Shown one piece after another: positions 29,507 to 39,499 of a stretch of DNA of 64,000 nt; within the stretch, counting starts at the first letter, position 1; each line of letters begins with the position of its first letter. The stretch is from contig JBGSBI010000003.1 of assembly GCA_041730685.1 (NCBI GenBank), positions 4,413 through 68,412 of the forward strand. Reading direction: 5' to 3'. The translations under genes and the position numbers were made by a program. This stretch comes from Aliarcobacter sp. (GTDB taxonomy: Bacteria > Verrucomicrobiota > Verrucomicrobiia > Methylacidiphilales > Verrucolacustridaceae). The notes below the pieces were generated by a model. It searched no databases. It was given only the letters and a program-made list of their open reading frames with translations, and was not told the DNA's origin.

Positions 29507-30352
29507 TTAGAATTGCCAAAGATAGCCGATCGGCCTTAACGGGTAAAGAAACCTTGGAATCTTCAGCCAAGGCAAAGAAAAGATTGGGGGGAAGCACACC
29601 CACCATGAGGAAGCAAAGGAGATGATTTGGGGATCCTTCCAGCCTTTTAAGGCTTGGCATGCTTTCTTTAGCCTCTTCGGGGTCCAAAAGAACTGATCCA
29701 GAGAAGAACCAAGTGCTTTTTTTGCGATATCCCAAAAAAAGTCCTGCAGGAATCCAAAGGGCTCAATCGGAGCCATCTCAATAACAAGAATATTCCCGCC
29801 CGGACGGATCACGCGGAAGAATTCCTGTAAAACTTTCATCACAGTGTTTTGAGTCTCTTCCTTGGACGATCCAATCATATGATGCACAGAGTAAACAGCG
29901 AGAATCACATCTGTAGATTGATCCCGAAGTGGGAGCGCCGCCGCAGATGCGCAAACTGGGAGATCGACCATCTTATTTGCAGCGATCGAATGGAACGAGT
30001 ACTCTACGCCGATTAATGTATTTTGAGCAGACTTTTGGTAGGGAATGTGCGGACCACAACCCACATCCAGAACTATTTTTTTATTCTCGATCGCTTTCTC
30101 AATCATTCGCACCTGTTGCTCATACCCAATCTGCCAATCCCCACCTTTTGTGAAATGCCCCGCAGCCATAACCTCATATTTATCGTCGAAGAATGACCTA
30201 GGAAGATTATCCAACATGACTGCAACTCCCTGATGTATTTTTCCTTTAAAATTAAAATCGGGACTTTTAAGCGCTCCATTTTCAACAGAAATTGGCGCAA
30301 GATTCACAGGTGTTACTAGTAATTCTGAGATCAGCTTTTCCTTATTCTTCAT
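29507..30352 (-). CDS. Class I SAM-dependent methyltransferase
   Basis: VLDVGCG, LPLRDQSTD, RVIRPGG. Confidence 0.85.
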   Translation of the reverse strand: MKNKEKLISELLVTPVNLAPISVENGALKSPDFNFKGKIHQGVAVMLDNLPRSFFDDKYEVMAAGHFTKGGDWQIGYEQQVRMIEKAIENKKIVLDVGCGPHIPYQKSAQNTLIGVEYSFHSIAANKMVDLPVCASAAALPLRDQSTDVILAVYSVHHMIGSSKEETQNTVMKVLQEFFRVIRPGGNILVIEMAPIEPFGFLQDFFWDIAKKALGSSLDQFFWTPKRLKKACQALKGWKDPQIISFASSWWVCFPPIFSLPWLKIPRFLYPLRPIGYLWQF

Positions 30353-30590
30353 TTCACGCTCCTGTCCTAGAATTGCCTCGTTTGTCCGCCTATATTAGGC
30401 GGACCGTTAATTGCCTTTTTTTAAAATTCATGCAAACAGATCAAGTGGTAAAAGCCTGCGCAAAATCACAAGCCATCGCAAGGAAAGATTGGCTGATATA
30501 GCTAATACACAAGGGCTTCAAGAATGTTTCCTTTTTGGATCAGGTCTACAAATATCTATTTTGTGATTTTTTCCGGCTTTTTATATTTTG

Positions 30591-31289
30591 TTAGTGATAT
30601 TTATTTTTTACCAGGTGAGTAAAGATTCGAATGACTTCCAGTAGGTTCTTGATTTTCAATGCACTACTCCCGCGATCGAAGGTCTTTCTAGTCATTGGGA
30701 CATTTTTTACTTCAAGCCCTTTTTTAACTAATTTTACATTGATTTCTGCGACAACGCTAAATCGGCGAGCTTTTAACGTGAGCTGTTTCAGATATTTTGT
30801 TGGATAAAATGACGGTCCATTAATGTAATGAAGAGGAAGAGAAAATGTTTTAATGTAAATAGTGTTAAACAGTGTCGAGAGACCCCTTCTGATTAGTCCC
30901 CTTTTTTGATTGTTTGTAAAGTAGCTTGCCAAGATTCTTTTGGGTGCGCATTGATTTAGATATTTATTTATATATTTAAAATCAATATCCCCATCGGCTG
31001 GATAGATTATAAAGTATTCGTTTCTTGCTTTTTCAATTGCGACTCTTATTGCATTTCCTAAGCCCTGATTTTTTTCTAGGTTAACTATTGTTAGGTCTTT
31101 TCTTCTTATATATTTTTCTAAGGCATGCTTTGTGGAGTCTGTACTCCCATCATTTACAATGATAATTTGATAATAGATTCTGTTTTTTACAACTGATTTC
31201 AACAAGCCTTCTACTGTGCTTATGATTGCCGCGCCTGCATTGTAAGCAGGAATTGCAAATGTGATTCCTTTTGTTTTAGTGCTTTTCAT
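30591..31289 (-). CDS. GT2, polyprenol-phosphate glycosyltransferase-like
   Basis: IPAYN, VNDGSTD, NQGLG, ADGD; very AT-rich. Confidence 0.8.
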   Translation of the reverse strand: MKSTKTKGITFAIPAYNAGAAIISTVEGLLKSVVKNRIYYQIIIVNDGSTDSTKHALEKYIRRKDLTIVNLEKNQGLGNAIRVAIEKARNEYFIIYPADGDIDFKYINKYLNQCAPKRILASYFTNNQKRGLIRRGLSTLFNTIYIKTFSLPLHYINGPSFYPTKYLKQLTLKARRFSVVAEINVKLVKKGLEVKNVPMTRKTFDRGSSALKIKNLLEVIRIFTHLVKNKYH

Positions 31290-31488
31290 TGAACAAAGAG
31301 GGAGTGGTATTTCGGGCTATAACCTCAAAAAAACCAAAGGAGCACGGCCCTGCCCATGACACAAGGATTCTGATTCTCTTTCTAGCCCCGCTTTTTCCGC
31401 AAGCCCCGCTCCGACACCCCAACAAATAAATGTGTAAAAAGTCGCAGCACCCAATACTGAGAATAGGCCATTGGCAATTTCCATAAAG

Positions 31489-33303
31489 TTAATCACCCTT
31501 TTCGCTCTCTTCCGAAGCGGAAATGCGTAGCGGAGGGATGAACATATTTTTTAGGAATTCAGATCTTGCCAAAAGCGGTGATGAATCCTCATTGGGACGC
31601 CCGTATTGAACCTGGGGAATTACCCGATGTTTTCTGCTGATTTCAACGTCAACAAACGAATAACTTGGCCGATGAATCATCCGGGATAGATTTTTTTGCA
31701 AGTCCCTGTTCCTCGTTATGCGAGCCACCGGATAGCCATATGCTTGGGCAACCCTAACAAAATTAGGGAACGCCAACCCACCTTCCACGGAAGTCGCATA
31801 ATATTTCCCGCCAAGCCACATCTCCTGTGTCTGCTGAACCATGCTATGTCCATGGTTATTAATGAGAATGATTTTTATCGGAAGCTTATGTCGAGTAATA
31901 GTGACCAATTCCTGGATATTCATTTGTAGACTGCCATCCCCTGCCACGCAGATGATCCGCCGCCCAGGATTCGCAAATGATGCCCCGATTGCTCCTGGTA
32001 AGCCCCAACCCATGGCAGTAAAATTAAAAGCATGCAGAAAACGCTGTCCTTTCTTGAACTCAAAGGCCTGCATCAACCAAGCTAAGGCGCAACCCGTTTC
32101 AGAGATGACAATATCTCCGGGAGACAAAATTCTGGATAATATTTTTACAAAGTAATACGGGTTTACCGCTTTCTCCTGTTGCTGTTGACACCGCATTATG
32201 GGATAGGACTTCTTCCAGACGGCTATCTGCCTTTTCCAAGGCATCGTGGGAGACTCTTTCCAGGACCGACGTGTTTTTTTTGTGAACAGATCGACAAATT
32301 CTTTCAGGTCTGCCTTAATCCCGAGGTTTATTTTTTTGCCAAGTTTTTTGAATTTATTAATTTCACTGCCATCAATATCCACCATGACAATTTTGGCCCC
32401 TCTGGCAAAGGAATCTGGCGGGCTCCCCGTGGCCTTGGTGTCGAGCCGCGACCCTAAAACTAGCAGAAAATCGGCATTTTGAATTGTGAAATTGGCGTAT
32501 CTTGTCCCGTGGGTTCCAAATCCTCCTACCGCCAAGGGACTCCTATAGGGCAACAAATCAAGGGCTGCCCAGGTCATGACAACGGGGATTCTTAATTTAT
32601 TCACAAGACGAAGAATTTTGGCCTCAGCCCCGGCAAGATGGACCCCCCAACCAAGGACCAGACATGGCCTTTTAGATTGATGAAGCCATTTCTGGGCAAG
32701 AGAAATGTCGCTTGAAAGCCCTGAAGATGCCCTTCTGTTAATAGATCTTTTTGGGGGATGCCATGGCTTAAGGCGGTCGGGGTCGAAATCCATTCTTTGC
32801 AAATCGTCAGGAAGATCTACGACAACCGGTCCGGGTCTTCCATGTCTGGAAAGCCAAAGAGCTTTCAGCAACTCCACTTTGACTTCAGCGGGATTCTTAA
32901 CTTTGACGGCGTAGTTCGTGATGGAACGGCACATTTCGACAAATTCAGTCTCCTGAAATCCCATTTGCCGAACCTTGCTGCTGCCTTTATCACGAAACCG
33001 AGCAACATTCCCTGTAAGAAAGAGAACCGGAACGGAATCGTAGTAAGCACCAGCGATCCCAGTGATTAAATTAGTGGCTCCTGGCCCGCTGGTAGCCACA
33101 GCACAGCCCCTGCCATTTGTCAGACGTGAGTAGGCATCCGCCGCCATGGCCCCAGCCTGTTCATGCTGAGGACAAATAACCTTCATCCCTGGCGTCTCCG
33201 CAAAGGAGTGAATTAAATGTAGGGATGCCCCACCGGAAATTGCGAACACATGGGAGAATCCCTGCTCTTTGAGAACTCTTGCGATAATGTCTGAAACTTT
33301 CAT
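31489..33303 (-). CDS. ThDP-dependent acetolactate-synthase-like enzyme (YerE-like)
   Basis: HEQAGAMAADAYSR, TSGPGATN, GDGSLQMNIQEL...NN; sits in a glycan locus. Confidence 0.85.
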   Translation of the reverse strand: MKVSDIIARVLKEQGFSHVFAISGGASLHLIHSFAETPGMKVICPQHEQAGAMAADAYSRLTNGRGCAVATSGPGATNLITGIAGAYYDSVPVLFLTGNVARFRDKGSSKVRQMGFQETEFVEMCRSITNYAVKVKNPAEVKVELLKALWLSRHGRPGPVVVDLPDDLQRMDFDPDRLKPWHPPKRSINRRASSGLSSDISLAQKWLHQSKRPCLVLGWGVHLAGAEAKILRLVNKLRIPVVMTWAALDLLPYRSPLAVGGFGTHGTRYANFTIQNADFLLVLGSRLDTKATGSPPDSFARGAKIVMVDIDGSEINKFKKLGKKINLGIKADLKEFVDLFTKKTRRSWKESPTMPWKRQIAVWKKSYPIMRCQQQQEKAVNPYYFVKILSRILSPGDIVISETGCALAWLMQAFEFKKGQRFLHAFNFTAMGWGLPGAIGASFANPGRRIICVAGDGSLQMNIQELVTITRHKLPIKIILINNHGHSMVQQTQEMWLGGKYYATSVEGGLAFPNFVRVAQAYGYPVARITRNRDLQKNLSRMIHRPSYSFVDVEISRKHRVIPQVQYGRPNEDSSPLLARSEFLKNMFIPPLRISASEESEKGD

Positions 33304-33318
33304 TGAAAATAGTTCAAT

Positions 33319-34158
33319 TTAAAGATCATTTTGAGATCTGCGTAAGCGAAAAGCATCCTTATTTTTTAAAAGTTTTCTTGCCAACGAATCCCCATCCTTT
33401 GCCCAGGTATCGCCGACCAGAGATATGTTTCTACCACCGACAACTTCGCGCCCGACTTCCATACACCAAGAGAGGCAGTCAAAGATTTGATCATGCGAAA
33501 CCATTTTATTTTTGGAACGAAGGATGGTTTTCACCTTCTGAAGGTTTCCACCTGCCCTACATCCAGCCCGCAGTGTTTGTTTATGGATTTTTGTGTCCAC
33601 GATGCCGGGCCCAATGATAAAGACATTCAAGTCTGGATTTTCCGCATGCAGATTTTCACACATTTTGATCAAAAGTATCTTTGATGCACAATATGCGCTG
33701 TATTGCGGTGCAGGTGTGTTGGTGCCTGCGCCTGCAAAAAAAGCCACGTGGTTCATTCTTCCTTTTTTCCGAAAAGGGTACATGGCTCGCAACAAGCCCA
33801 GTTGTTGGACGCAGTTGACAAAAACCGAATCTACCCATTCTTTCCAGTTCGTTTCAAAAAACAGGCCGATCGGCTCTAATTTTCCAATGCTGGAAATATA
33901 CAAATCCCAACCTTCTGGCTCATGTCGGTGATAGGCCAAGGCGGCCCGGGCTAGGCTAGCTGTTTCCGTAAGGTCGCATTTGATCGTGAAAGGTTCCTTG
34001 GGAGATTTTACCGCCTTGCCCGGATTTCGGGCAGTCCCTGCCACGCTGCATCCATGCCGCGAAAATCTTGCGGAGAGTTCCCCGCCGATACCACTGCCAA
34101 GGCCAGCGATAAAAACCTTTTTGGGCGGAACCATTTTGTGAGGTTTCGCACTAACCAT
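33319..34158 (-). CDS. SDR oxidoreductase
   Basis: GLGSGIG, YSAYCASK; adjacent to the ThDP enzyme; start uncertain. Confidence 0.8.
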   Translation of the reverse strand: MVSAKPHKMVPPKKVFIAGLGSGIGGELSARFSRHGCSVAGTARNPGKAVKSPKEPFTIKCDLTETASLARAALAYHRHEPEGWDLYISSIGKLEPIGLFFETNWKEWVDSVFVNCVQQLGLLRAMYPFRKKGRMNHVAFFAGAGTNTPAPQYSAYCASKILLIKMCENLHAENPDLNVFIIGPGIVDTKIHKQTLRAGCRAGGNLQKVKTILRSKNKMVSHDQIFDCLSWCMEVGREVVGGRNISLVGDTWAKDGDSLARKLLKNKDAFRLRRSQNDL

Positions 34159-34629
34159 AGATTGTACTGCGAAGCCAAAAGAGGACTTGGGAAATTCCAA
34201 AGAGCTTCGTCGGAATCATTTTTACAAGAAAAACTACACCGCGCAAATCGTTAACCTGAAAATATTCTTGCAAAACTTGCTTGACGGTTCTTTGGGTCAT
34301 TATGGTTGATTCTTCAATCATATAATGTAAGGAGTTAATAACAACAACCATATCTTTTGTTCATACGAAACCCCTCAATGCCTTCCTTCCGTAGCACAAA
34401 CCGATGCAGAACTTCATAATTGAAATCAAAGAAAGAGCGTGGATTTTAGCATGACAATACTGCAGTTCCATGCCTAATCCATCCTAAGGAACCCTAATCT
34501 ATATATGCAAATATACCTCCGTGGATACAGATTAGCGCCATTTTTCTGGGCTTGCCAAAATAAATGCTGTTTTCATTAACGACAGTTATATATCTTATCC
34601 AGCAGCTTTACGATGTACGGCATTCAATA

Positions 34630-35854
34630 CTACTTATTGAACGTCTCTTTGAGACGTAAAAAGGGCCGTTCGATTACATAGTGAGAAGCCGTTCCCCAGA
34701 TAATTGCAGAAAGTATTGAAAGAATAAGGTAACCAAATAGTAAACTCCCTGATGCTTTCTGGAGATATCTTGAAAAGACAGCAGATAAACACGCATTCGA
34801 AATGATGTGCCAGATATATATTCCATACGATACTTGCCCCAAGAAGACTAGGGGCTTTAATCGAAGAAAAGATGTGCAGAGCGATGACTCAGAACCAGAA
34901 ACTCTTAGAATAAACAATGAAGACACAATTCCTAGACCACTAAATATTAATACAAACATATGCTTGGGAAGATACGGATGCCAAATAACATTATACAACA
35001 TTCGTGCTAATATTATGCACACGCAAAGCAGCAACATGTCTAATCCTTTTATTTTTTGTACTACCTGCACATATTTATTTTTTGTACTGCAACTTACATA
35101 ACCAGCCATTCCGTTGATTAAAAATATCAGAATGTATGTAAATGTTGAATAATACATTCCTCCTGCCTGTTTTATATCGAAGTTATCCACAGGCCACGAT
35201 AGTAGTATCCATTGGCCGATTAGTGCAACGCATGTTATTCCGCCTAAAATGATTGGTCGTGCTCTTTTCCACTTTAAAAGCAATATGAAGATTAGAGGCA
35301 TTGATGCGTAAAACTGAACTTCCACAGCCAAACTCCACAATATCCGAAGAGTTCCAGGCGAAATGTCTATATGTCCACCGATATAATTTAGGTTAAGCGA
35401 CCAGTTTGAAATAAAACAAAGATATATATATATTCTTTTTTAGCCAAACCCACGCCTGTTCGCTTGAGCCAAAACTTGGTGGCAGATATTTGTAATTACT
35501 ATATAAAAGATAAGCCACAGACACGCTACATAAATATAATGGCAGGATTCGAAAGGCCCTTTTTATGTAGAAATTCTTTATAGAAAACGATCCGGTACGA
35601 AGATTTTCAAGGTAAGCTAGTTTTGTAATAATAAACGCCGAGAGACCAAAGAACAGAAGGACGGAAATATTTCCTATGCAATATTCTGATGCATGTTGCA
35701 TGATTTGCCCAACTAAAGTGTCTGGATTTGGTGCTGCTGGGCTGGGATTATAATGTGCGATCAAAACGCCTAACACTGCCAGTCCTCTCAACCCATCCAA
35801 CGAATCAAGCCTTGGCTTTTCGCTTTTTTCAGGACCTGTAAATGATAATGACAT
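34630..35854 (-). pseudogene. Acyltransferase family 3 (OafA-like), frameshifted at ~35422-35441
   Basis: 5' part has LDGLRGLA and FYIKRAFRILPLY; 3' frame has YLCFISNW, WSLAVEVQFY, GQVSYGIYIWH, IERPF; junction lies in (AT)6/A6. Confidence 0.85.
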
Positions 35855-35884
35855 ATTGACTCACTTTTCTAAGCAGCCATAAGG

Positions 35885-36640
35885 CTAATTTTTAAATAAC
35901 TGTCGCCGACAGCGTCGAATCCCAATTTCGACAATTGTTTTAGTGACAGATAAAAAATTTCGCAAATGAAGCGGACTGGACTGGCCCCCTTTTTCTACAT
36001 GTAAGCCCTTTGCTGGCAATTCGTGATAAGTCGCACCCTCTTCGAGAAGCGTGGTAATTAGATTCGCCTGGAATCCAAATCCATAATCGTAGGGAGCCCA
36101 GCGCATCACATGATATCGGTGATAGAGGGCGCAGCCGTTATAATATCGGATTTTGTATCCCCCAATCAGGTCAACAAGAAAGGTGTAGAGTCGAGAAATC
36201 AGTTTCCGCATAACACTCTTCCCGGGCAGATCCGGATAGTAAGGTAATATGATGTCTGCCTTGCCTCTCTGCTGAAGAATTTTGACCATGGTCTCTTTAT
36301 CCTCCACATTGTCTCCACAGACCAAGCGATAGTATCTGCCTCTACCCAAAAAAGCTGCGTCTACAAAGGATCTCGCAAGACCACGATTCTCTTTGTTTCT
36401 TTGGATGATAAGTTTTATTTCCTTATGCTCCTTCCCATACCCCTCAACTACGTCGGTGCTTCCATCAGTGGAGCCATCATCAACAACAATTATCTCATAT
36501 TGAATTTTTAGCTCTTCAGCAGTCGTGCGGATGACCTCCAAGGCCCCCCGAATCCTTGGGGCCTCATTGTAACAGGCAACAAAAAAAGTGACCTCTATGC
36601 CTTCCCGCATGTCGCAGGCAGGAGGGATTTCCTGATTCAA
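35885..36640 (-). CDS. GT2, polyprenol-phosphate glycosyltransferase-like
   Basis: ACYNE, VVDDGSTD, NRGLA. Confidence 0.85.
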   Translation of the reverse strand: MNQEIPPACDMREGIEVTFFVACYNEAPRIRGALEVIRTTAEELKIQYEIIVVDDGSTDGSTDVVEGYGKEHKEIKLIIQRNKENRGLARSFVDAAFLGRGRYYRLVCGDNVEDKETMVKILQQRGKADIILPYYPDLPGKSVMRKLISRLYTFLVDLIGGYKIRYYNGCALYHRYHVMRWAPYDYGFGFQANLITTLLEEGATYHELPAKGLHVEKGGQSSPLHLRNFLSVTKTIVEIGIRRCRRQLFKN

Positions 36641-36641
36641 T

Positions 36642-37316
36642 TTAAGCCGCCTTTTTTTCGCACCCTAACGCAAAGAGATAATGGGCCATGGGAGAAAAAC
36701 CCGTGTGAACCACCTCATCGTTCATCGAGAACAGAAAAACATTGTGAAACAGCTTGCCCATTAAATCCACTAGACTTTTCCCTGTTTTGCAATTCACGTG
36801 CCCCGCCTTGCTTGGGGGCGAGGCATATCGCTGGGACTCTAGACTGGGTGTCCCCAAAATCATCACACCCCCAGGGCTGAGTGATCCTGCCATATTTTTA
36901 ACAAATCGACTCTCCTGCTTGGGAGTAATATGCTCGATGACGTCTAAAGCATAAATCCCGTCAAATTTTCCAGGGAACGCCCCTTTCAACATGTCATGTT
37001 GCCGGGCACTAAATTTCCACTTTGGATTCATCCGTTTTTTTACGTCTTCGATAAAAAGCGGATCGAAATCCGTGGCCGTGAGCTTATTTACGGCCTGCAC
37101 CACGATCCGGGTCGCCCAAGCATCGGCACAACCCACCTCCAGCACATGCTTCCTGCCCTGCAGCATTTTAGCCACAAACTTATAGCGGGAGAGTGTAAAA
37201 AGGAGGTGCTTGGGATCATCATGCCAAGCTTGATTGGTCATCAAGCCCAAGGTGGCTAAACCCTGACTCTTAACGATTTCCAATTCACGCTGATACTGGG
37301 GTTCTCTTGTTTTCAC
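36642..37316 (-). CDS. Class I SAM-dependent methyltransferase
   Basis: VLEVGCAD, LDVIEHI, GGVMILGTP; GTG start inferred. Confidence 0.85.
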   Translation of the reverse strand: MKTREPQYQRELEIVKSQGLATLGLMTNQAWHDDPKHLLFTLSRYKFVAKMLQGRKHVLEVGCADAWATRIVVQAVNKLTATDFDPLFIEDVKKRMNPKWKFSARQHDMLKGAFPGKFDGIYALDVIEHITPKQESRFVKNMAGSLSPGGVMILGTPSLESQRYASPPSKAGHVNCKTGKSLVDLMGKLFHNVFLFSMNDEVVHTGFSPMAHYLFALGCEKKAA

Positions 37317-37321
37317 GGCGT

Positions 37322-37786
37322 CTATTTTGTCCCTTTTTTCCAAAATAACAACTCTTCCCACTGGTGATGTTTTCGCCAAACCCAGAGAAAATTTGATAGA
37401 AAACTGGCTCCAACGCTGCACGTAACCCCTGCGACCGAAGCCAGTTGATAATGAAAGCCCTTGAGCACCAGAAGGTTAGTCAACGCCAGCCAGATAATAA
37501 AGGCTGCCCCGTTGGCAACATGAAACTGCCCCAACCGGACCCAACAGTGTTGCCCAGTGCGGAATACCCAACTCTCATTCACAAAAAAACGCAGAAACGT
37601 GCAAACCTCGGCAGAAATTAGGGTGGCAACGAAAACAGCTAAATGAATTTTCTCAACAAAGATCCACATGAAAAAGGCGTTAATGAAAAGGAAGCTTCCG
37701 CCTACTGAAAGCCATCGATAAACCGGCTTGTTTAGTGTCTCCACAACTTTTCGAAACAACAAGCTAATGATCCTCATGTCTTTCAC
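37322..37786 (-). CDS. GtrA family flippase
   Basis: Small 4-TM protein, FFVNESWVF, FLSNFLWVW. Confidence 0.8.
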   Translation of the reverse strand: MKDMRIISLLFRKVVETLNKPVYRWLSVGGSFLFINAFFMWIFVEKIHLAVFVATLISAEVCTFLRFFVNESWVFRTGQHCWVRLGQFHVANGAAFIIWLALTNLLVLKGFHYQLASVAGVTCSVGASFLSNFLWVWRKHHQWEELLFWKKGTK

Positions 37787-37826
37787 TTACTTAATACTAC
37801 AATTTAAGGCTTGTGGTTAAACCAGG

Positions 37827-38489
37827 TTATTCAAAATAAACTAAACTGTAATCGCCTGTATAAACGCACTTTTGAAAAAGCCATTCCCACTCTTCAGGAG
37901 TAAAAAAGCATTCGCAGGTCAGTTGCCAATACATCAAGTTCACCTTTTCTTGCTCGTTCCGATAGCCATCCATCACGATATATTTTCCTGCACGGCCAAC
38001 TCGCTCAATTTCCCTAAGAGCCGTTTCTAGTTCAGGTAAGCGTAAATTGTGAAGAGTGTTGATGCTGAGAACGAGGTCGATCGATGCATCCGGAAAGGGA
38101 AGTTTCTGTGCTCTGCCAACAGAAACATACTTTTTCACATCCGAGTGTGCTTGTTGAATCGCATACTCTGAGATGTCGACCCCAAAAACCTCAATTCCAG
38201 GAATCAAATCAACAAACTCTTTAAGCAAAAAACCCTTTCCACAACCTATATCCAAAACCCGCGATCCGGATTTTAACCCATAATGATTCGCCAGACGTTC
38301 GGCCACGGTTTTCCATCGTCCATCGTATGTATATCCACCATACCCGGTGTTCCGACTGCCGTCCCAGTATTCACGATCAAACTTCTTCGCAATGGCGGCA
38401 AACTCCGCCTTGTTTCCCGCCAATACCCGAGAAAGGTAATCCCTGGTGGTCGACTGGTGAACCGGCTGAATAAAATCAAGATGCGCCAC
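37827..38489 (-). CDS. Class I SAM-dependent methyltransferase
   Basis: VLDIGCGKGFL, GVDISEYA, LPFPD. Confidence 0.88.
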   Translation of the reverse strand: MAHLDFIQPVHQSTTRDYLSRVLAGNKAEFAAIAKKFDREYWDGSRNTGYGGYTYDGRWKTVAERLANHYGLKSGSRVLDIGCGKGFLLKEFVDLIPGIEVFGVDISEYAIQQAHSDVKKYVSVGRAQKLPFPDASIDLVLSINTLHNLRLPELETALREIERVGRAGKYIVMDGYRNEQEKVNLMYWQLTCECFFTPEEWEWLFQKCVYTGDYSLVYFE

Positions 38490-38507
38490 CGGATTAAATA
38501 CTTACGC

Positions 38508-39485
38508 TCAAAAAAGTTTTTTGATTTGGGCCACAGTATCGGGCTCGTTCGGATAGTACGCGGCCTCTAGCGTCTGGCTCATTGGGGTATGACTGTCTGG
38601 ATGGGTGATTCGGATGGGTGCAGCTTTCAGTTTGTCAAAGGCTTGCTCCGTCACGACGCTGACAATTTCTGCCGCCGCCCCAAAAGATTTCCATGCTGGA
38701 TCGGCCACGACTAGTCTTCCAGTTTTTGCCACAGATTCGAGCACCGTTGTTTTATCCCAAGGCGAAAGGGTTCTGAGATCGATAACTTCTGCTTCGATTT
38801 TATCTTTGGCCAACTCTGCCGCCAACCGCCCCGCAAAAGGAACCATCAACCCTAAAGCGACAATCGTAACATCTTTCCCTCGCCTCCGGATTGCTGCTTG
38901 CCCGAAGTGGACGCGATAGGGTTCCGACGGCACATGACTTTTCATTGAAAATAGGGATCGTCCCTCGATAAAAATCGCCGGGGTTTCGCTAAAAATGCTT
39001 TCCAGTAGCAGGCCTTTTGCATCGTAAGCCGTAGCCGGCACCGCAACCCGAAGACCTGGAATATGAGCAAACCATGATTGGAGGCTCTTGGAGTGCTGAG
39101 GTCCTTGGCCCCAGCCTTTTCCGACGACTGTCCGGATCGTCACTGGCATGCAGGATTTGCTGTTTGATTTGAAATACCATAACGCCAACCAGTTGACGAT
39201 GGGATCCAACGAGTAAATCATGAAATCCAATCTCTGGTGAACGACCACCGGCCGGATCCCTGTCAATGCCGCACCCATGGCCGCCGCAGTCATCGCATTC
39301 TCTGCCACTTGAAAATCCTGAACGCGTTCAGGACCGAATTTTTGAACAAGTCCCGTTGTGGTTCCAAAGATTCCGGCCGGCGTATCTGCCAACTGGCCCA
39401 AGACCACCACCTTGGAATCCAGCTCCATGGCCTGAGCTGTTGCTTCGTTGATGGCTTCTGCGTAAGAAATCTCTCTAGGAGTCAT
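38508..39485 (-). CDS. 2-oxoacid dehydrogenase E1 beta-like subunit
   Basis: FGPERVQD..AEN, GQGPQHS, EVIDLRTLSP, SVAKTGRL. Confidence 0.9.
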   Translation of the reverse strand: MTPREISYAEAINEATAQAMELDSKVVVLGQLADTPAGIFGTTTGLVQKFGPERVQDFQVAENAMTAAAMGAALTGIRPVVVHQRLDFMIYSLDPIVNWLALWYFKSNSKSCMPVTIRTVVGKGWGQGPQHSKSLQSWFAHIPGLRVAVPATAYDAKGLLLESIFSETPAIFIEGRSLFSMKSHVPSEPYRVHFGQAAIRRRGKDVTIVALGLMVPFAGRLAAELAKDKIEAEVIDLRTLSPWDKTTVLESVAKTGRLVVADPAWKSFGAAAEIVSVVTEQAFDKLKAAPIRITHPDSHTPMSQTLEAAYYPNEPDTVAQIKKLF

Positions 39486-39499
39486 AAACTGACGGTGCC

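Noticed and set aside
34200-34630. ncRNA or small ORF in the AT-rich gap
   Set aside because: No convincing structure or domain could be seen by eye
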